From Hemiscyllium ocellatum (Eukaryota), in NCBI RefSeq assembly GCF_020745735.1, contig NC_083403.1, positions 126,064,526 through 126,128,525 of the forward strand: 64,000 nucleotides of DNA, given 5' to 3'. Position 1 is the stretch's first letter; the number at the start of each line of letters is the position of its first letter. A program made the translations under genes and the position numbers. The notes under the pieces are model-generated. The model was given only the letters and a program-made list of their open reading frames with translations. It was not told the DNA's origin and made no database searches. Shown piece by piece: positions 62,368 to 64,000 of this stretch.

Positions 62368-63908
62368 TAGAGAGTGTGGTGCTGGAAAAGCACAACCGGT
62401 CAGGCAGCATCTAAGGAGCATGATAATTGACGTTTCGAACATAAGCCCTTCATCAGGAATGAGGCTTGTGGGTCAAGGGGGCTGAGAGATAAATGGGAGG
62501 GGGGGGGGGGCGCCATGGGGAAGGTAAGCTGAGAAAGCAATAGGTAGATGAAGGTGGGGATGAAGGTGATAGGTCAGAAAGGAGGGTGGAGGTGTTAGTT
62601 TGGAAGGAAGATGGACACGTAGGAAAGGTCAAGAGGGCAGTGCCGAGTTGGAAGGCTAGATCTGGACTAAGATGGGGGGAGGGGAAATGAGGAAACTGGT
62701 GAAATCCACATTGATCCTGTGTGGTTGGGGGGTCCCAAGGTGGAAGATGAGGCATTCTTCCTTCAGGCGGTGGGTGTTACGGGTTTGGCGATGAAGGAGG
62801 CCCAGGACATGCATGTCCTTGGGGGAGGGGGAGGGGCAGTTAAAGTGTTTGGCCACGGGCCAGTGGGTTTGCTTCATACATGTGTCCTGGAGATGTTCTC
62901 TGAATCATTCTGCAAGTAGGCATCTTGTCTCCCCAGTGTAGAGGAGACTGCATCAGGAATAACAAATATAGTAAATGACATGTGTGGAAGTGCAGGTAAA
63001 TCTCTGACGGATGTGGAAGGCTCCTTTTGGGCCTTGGACAGAGGTGAGGGGGGAGGTGTGGGCGCAGGCCTTGCAATTCTTGTGGTGGCAGGGGAAGGTG
63101 CTGGGAGGGGAGGGTGGGTTGGTGGGTGTGTGGACCTGACAAGAGAGTTGGGGAGGGAACAGTCTTTACAGAACACAGAAAGGAGAGTGGAGGGAAATAT
63201 ATCCTTGGTAGTGAGGTCTGTTTGTTAGTGGTAGACGTCGGAGAGAAAGATGCAATTTATGCGGAGGTTCGTGGGGTGGAAGGTAAGGATGGGGGAGGGG
63301 GGGGTTCTGTCCTTATTGCATTGGGATGGGTGGGGTTCAAGGGCAGAGGTTCAGGAAGTGGATGAGATGCACTGGAGGGCATCATTGACCATGTGGGAGT
63401 GGAATTTGCAGTCTTTGAAAAAGGAGTGTGTTCTGTGGTGCAACAGGTCCTCCTGGAGCAGATGTGATGGAGGTGGAAGAATTGGGAATAAAGGACAGCA
63501 TTTTTACAGGAGGCAGGGTGGGAGGACGTGTAGTCTAGGTAGCTGTGGGAGTTGGTGGGTTTGTAAAAGATGTCCATGTTGAGTCGATCACCGTTGATGG
63601 ACATGGAGAGGTCCAGGAAGGGGAGGGAGGAGTCCGAGATTGTCCAGGTGAACTTGAGGTCGGGGTGAAATGTGTTAATGAAGTTGGTGAACTGTTCAAC
63701 CTCCTCATGCGAGCATGAGATGGCGCCAATATTCATCGATGTAGCGGGGGGAAAGGGTTGGAATGGTGCTGATGTAATTGTGGAAGATGAACCATTCCAT
63801 ATAACCGACAAAGAGGCAGGCATAGCTGGAACCATGGCTACCCCTTTGGTCTGGACAAAGTGGCAGGATTCAAAGGAGAAATCTTTGAGGGTGAGGACTA
63901 GTTCAGCC
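62368..63908 (-). mobile_element. PLE (Neptune-like) pseudogene: RT C-terminal half, Cys linker, GIY-YIG, terminal repeat with HHR (62425-62460)
   Basis: HFVQTKGVAM, FINTFHPDLKFTWTISDSSLPFLDL, FYKPTNSHSYLDYTSSHP, VAKHFN..ECLIFHLGT. Confidence 0.93.
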
Positions 63909-64000
63909 AAAACCCACTCTAGTAACAATCTCCACCCCACTCCCAGCTCCAACCCTAGGCCAGTTCCTAGCTCGTGGCCCTGTCATGTTTACACCATTCC

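Overview
Eukaryotic, repeat-dense, apparently intergenic or intronic DNA. It is most likely from an elasmobranch (shark), judged from HE1-type tRNA-derived SINEs and HER1/CR1 LINEs. No host protein-coding gene can be assembled with confidence; the recognisable ORFs are retroelement debris. Contents: (1) many 5'-truncated CR1 LINEs, plus HE1 SINEs and Tx1, Rex and Gypsy relics; (2) a 48-bp tandem satellite (~12.1-18.5 kb) interrupted by CR1 insertions; (3) about 20 Penelope-like element (PLE) insertions from several families, many folded back into palindromes with 11-16-bp target-site duplications (TSDs) and carrying minimal hammerhead ribozymes (HHRs), sometimes on both strands; (4) a local inverted copy that preserves the pre-insertion state of a 1.2-kb palindromic PLE. 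The main unexpected signal is (5) a heavily decayed but collinear Mononegavirales-type L (RdRp) gene at ~57.4-62.1 kb on the + strand, i.e. a probable non-retroviral endogenous viral element. It is largely fragmented in the ORF track and was recognised by eye from motif order and spacing, so it needs a frameshift-aware search to confirm. Repeat boundaries are approximate.
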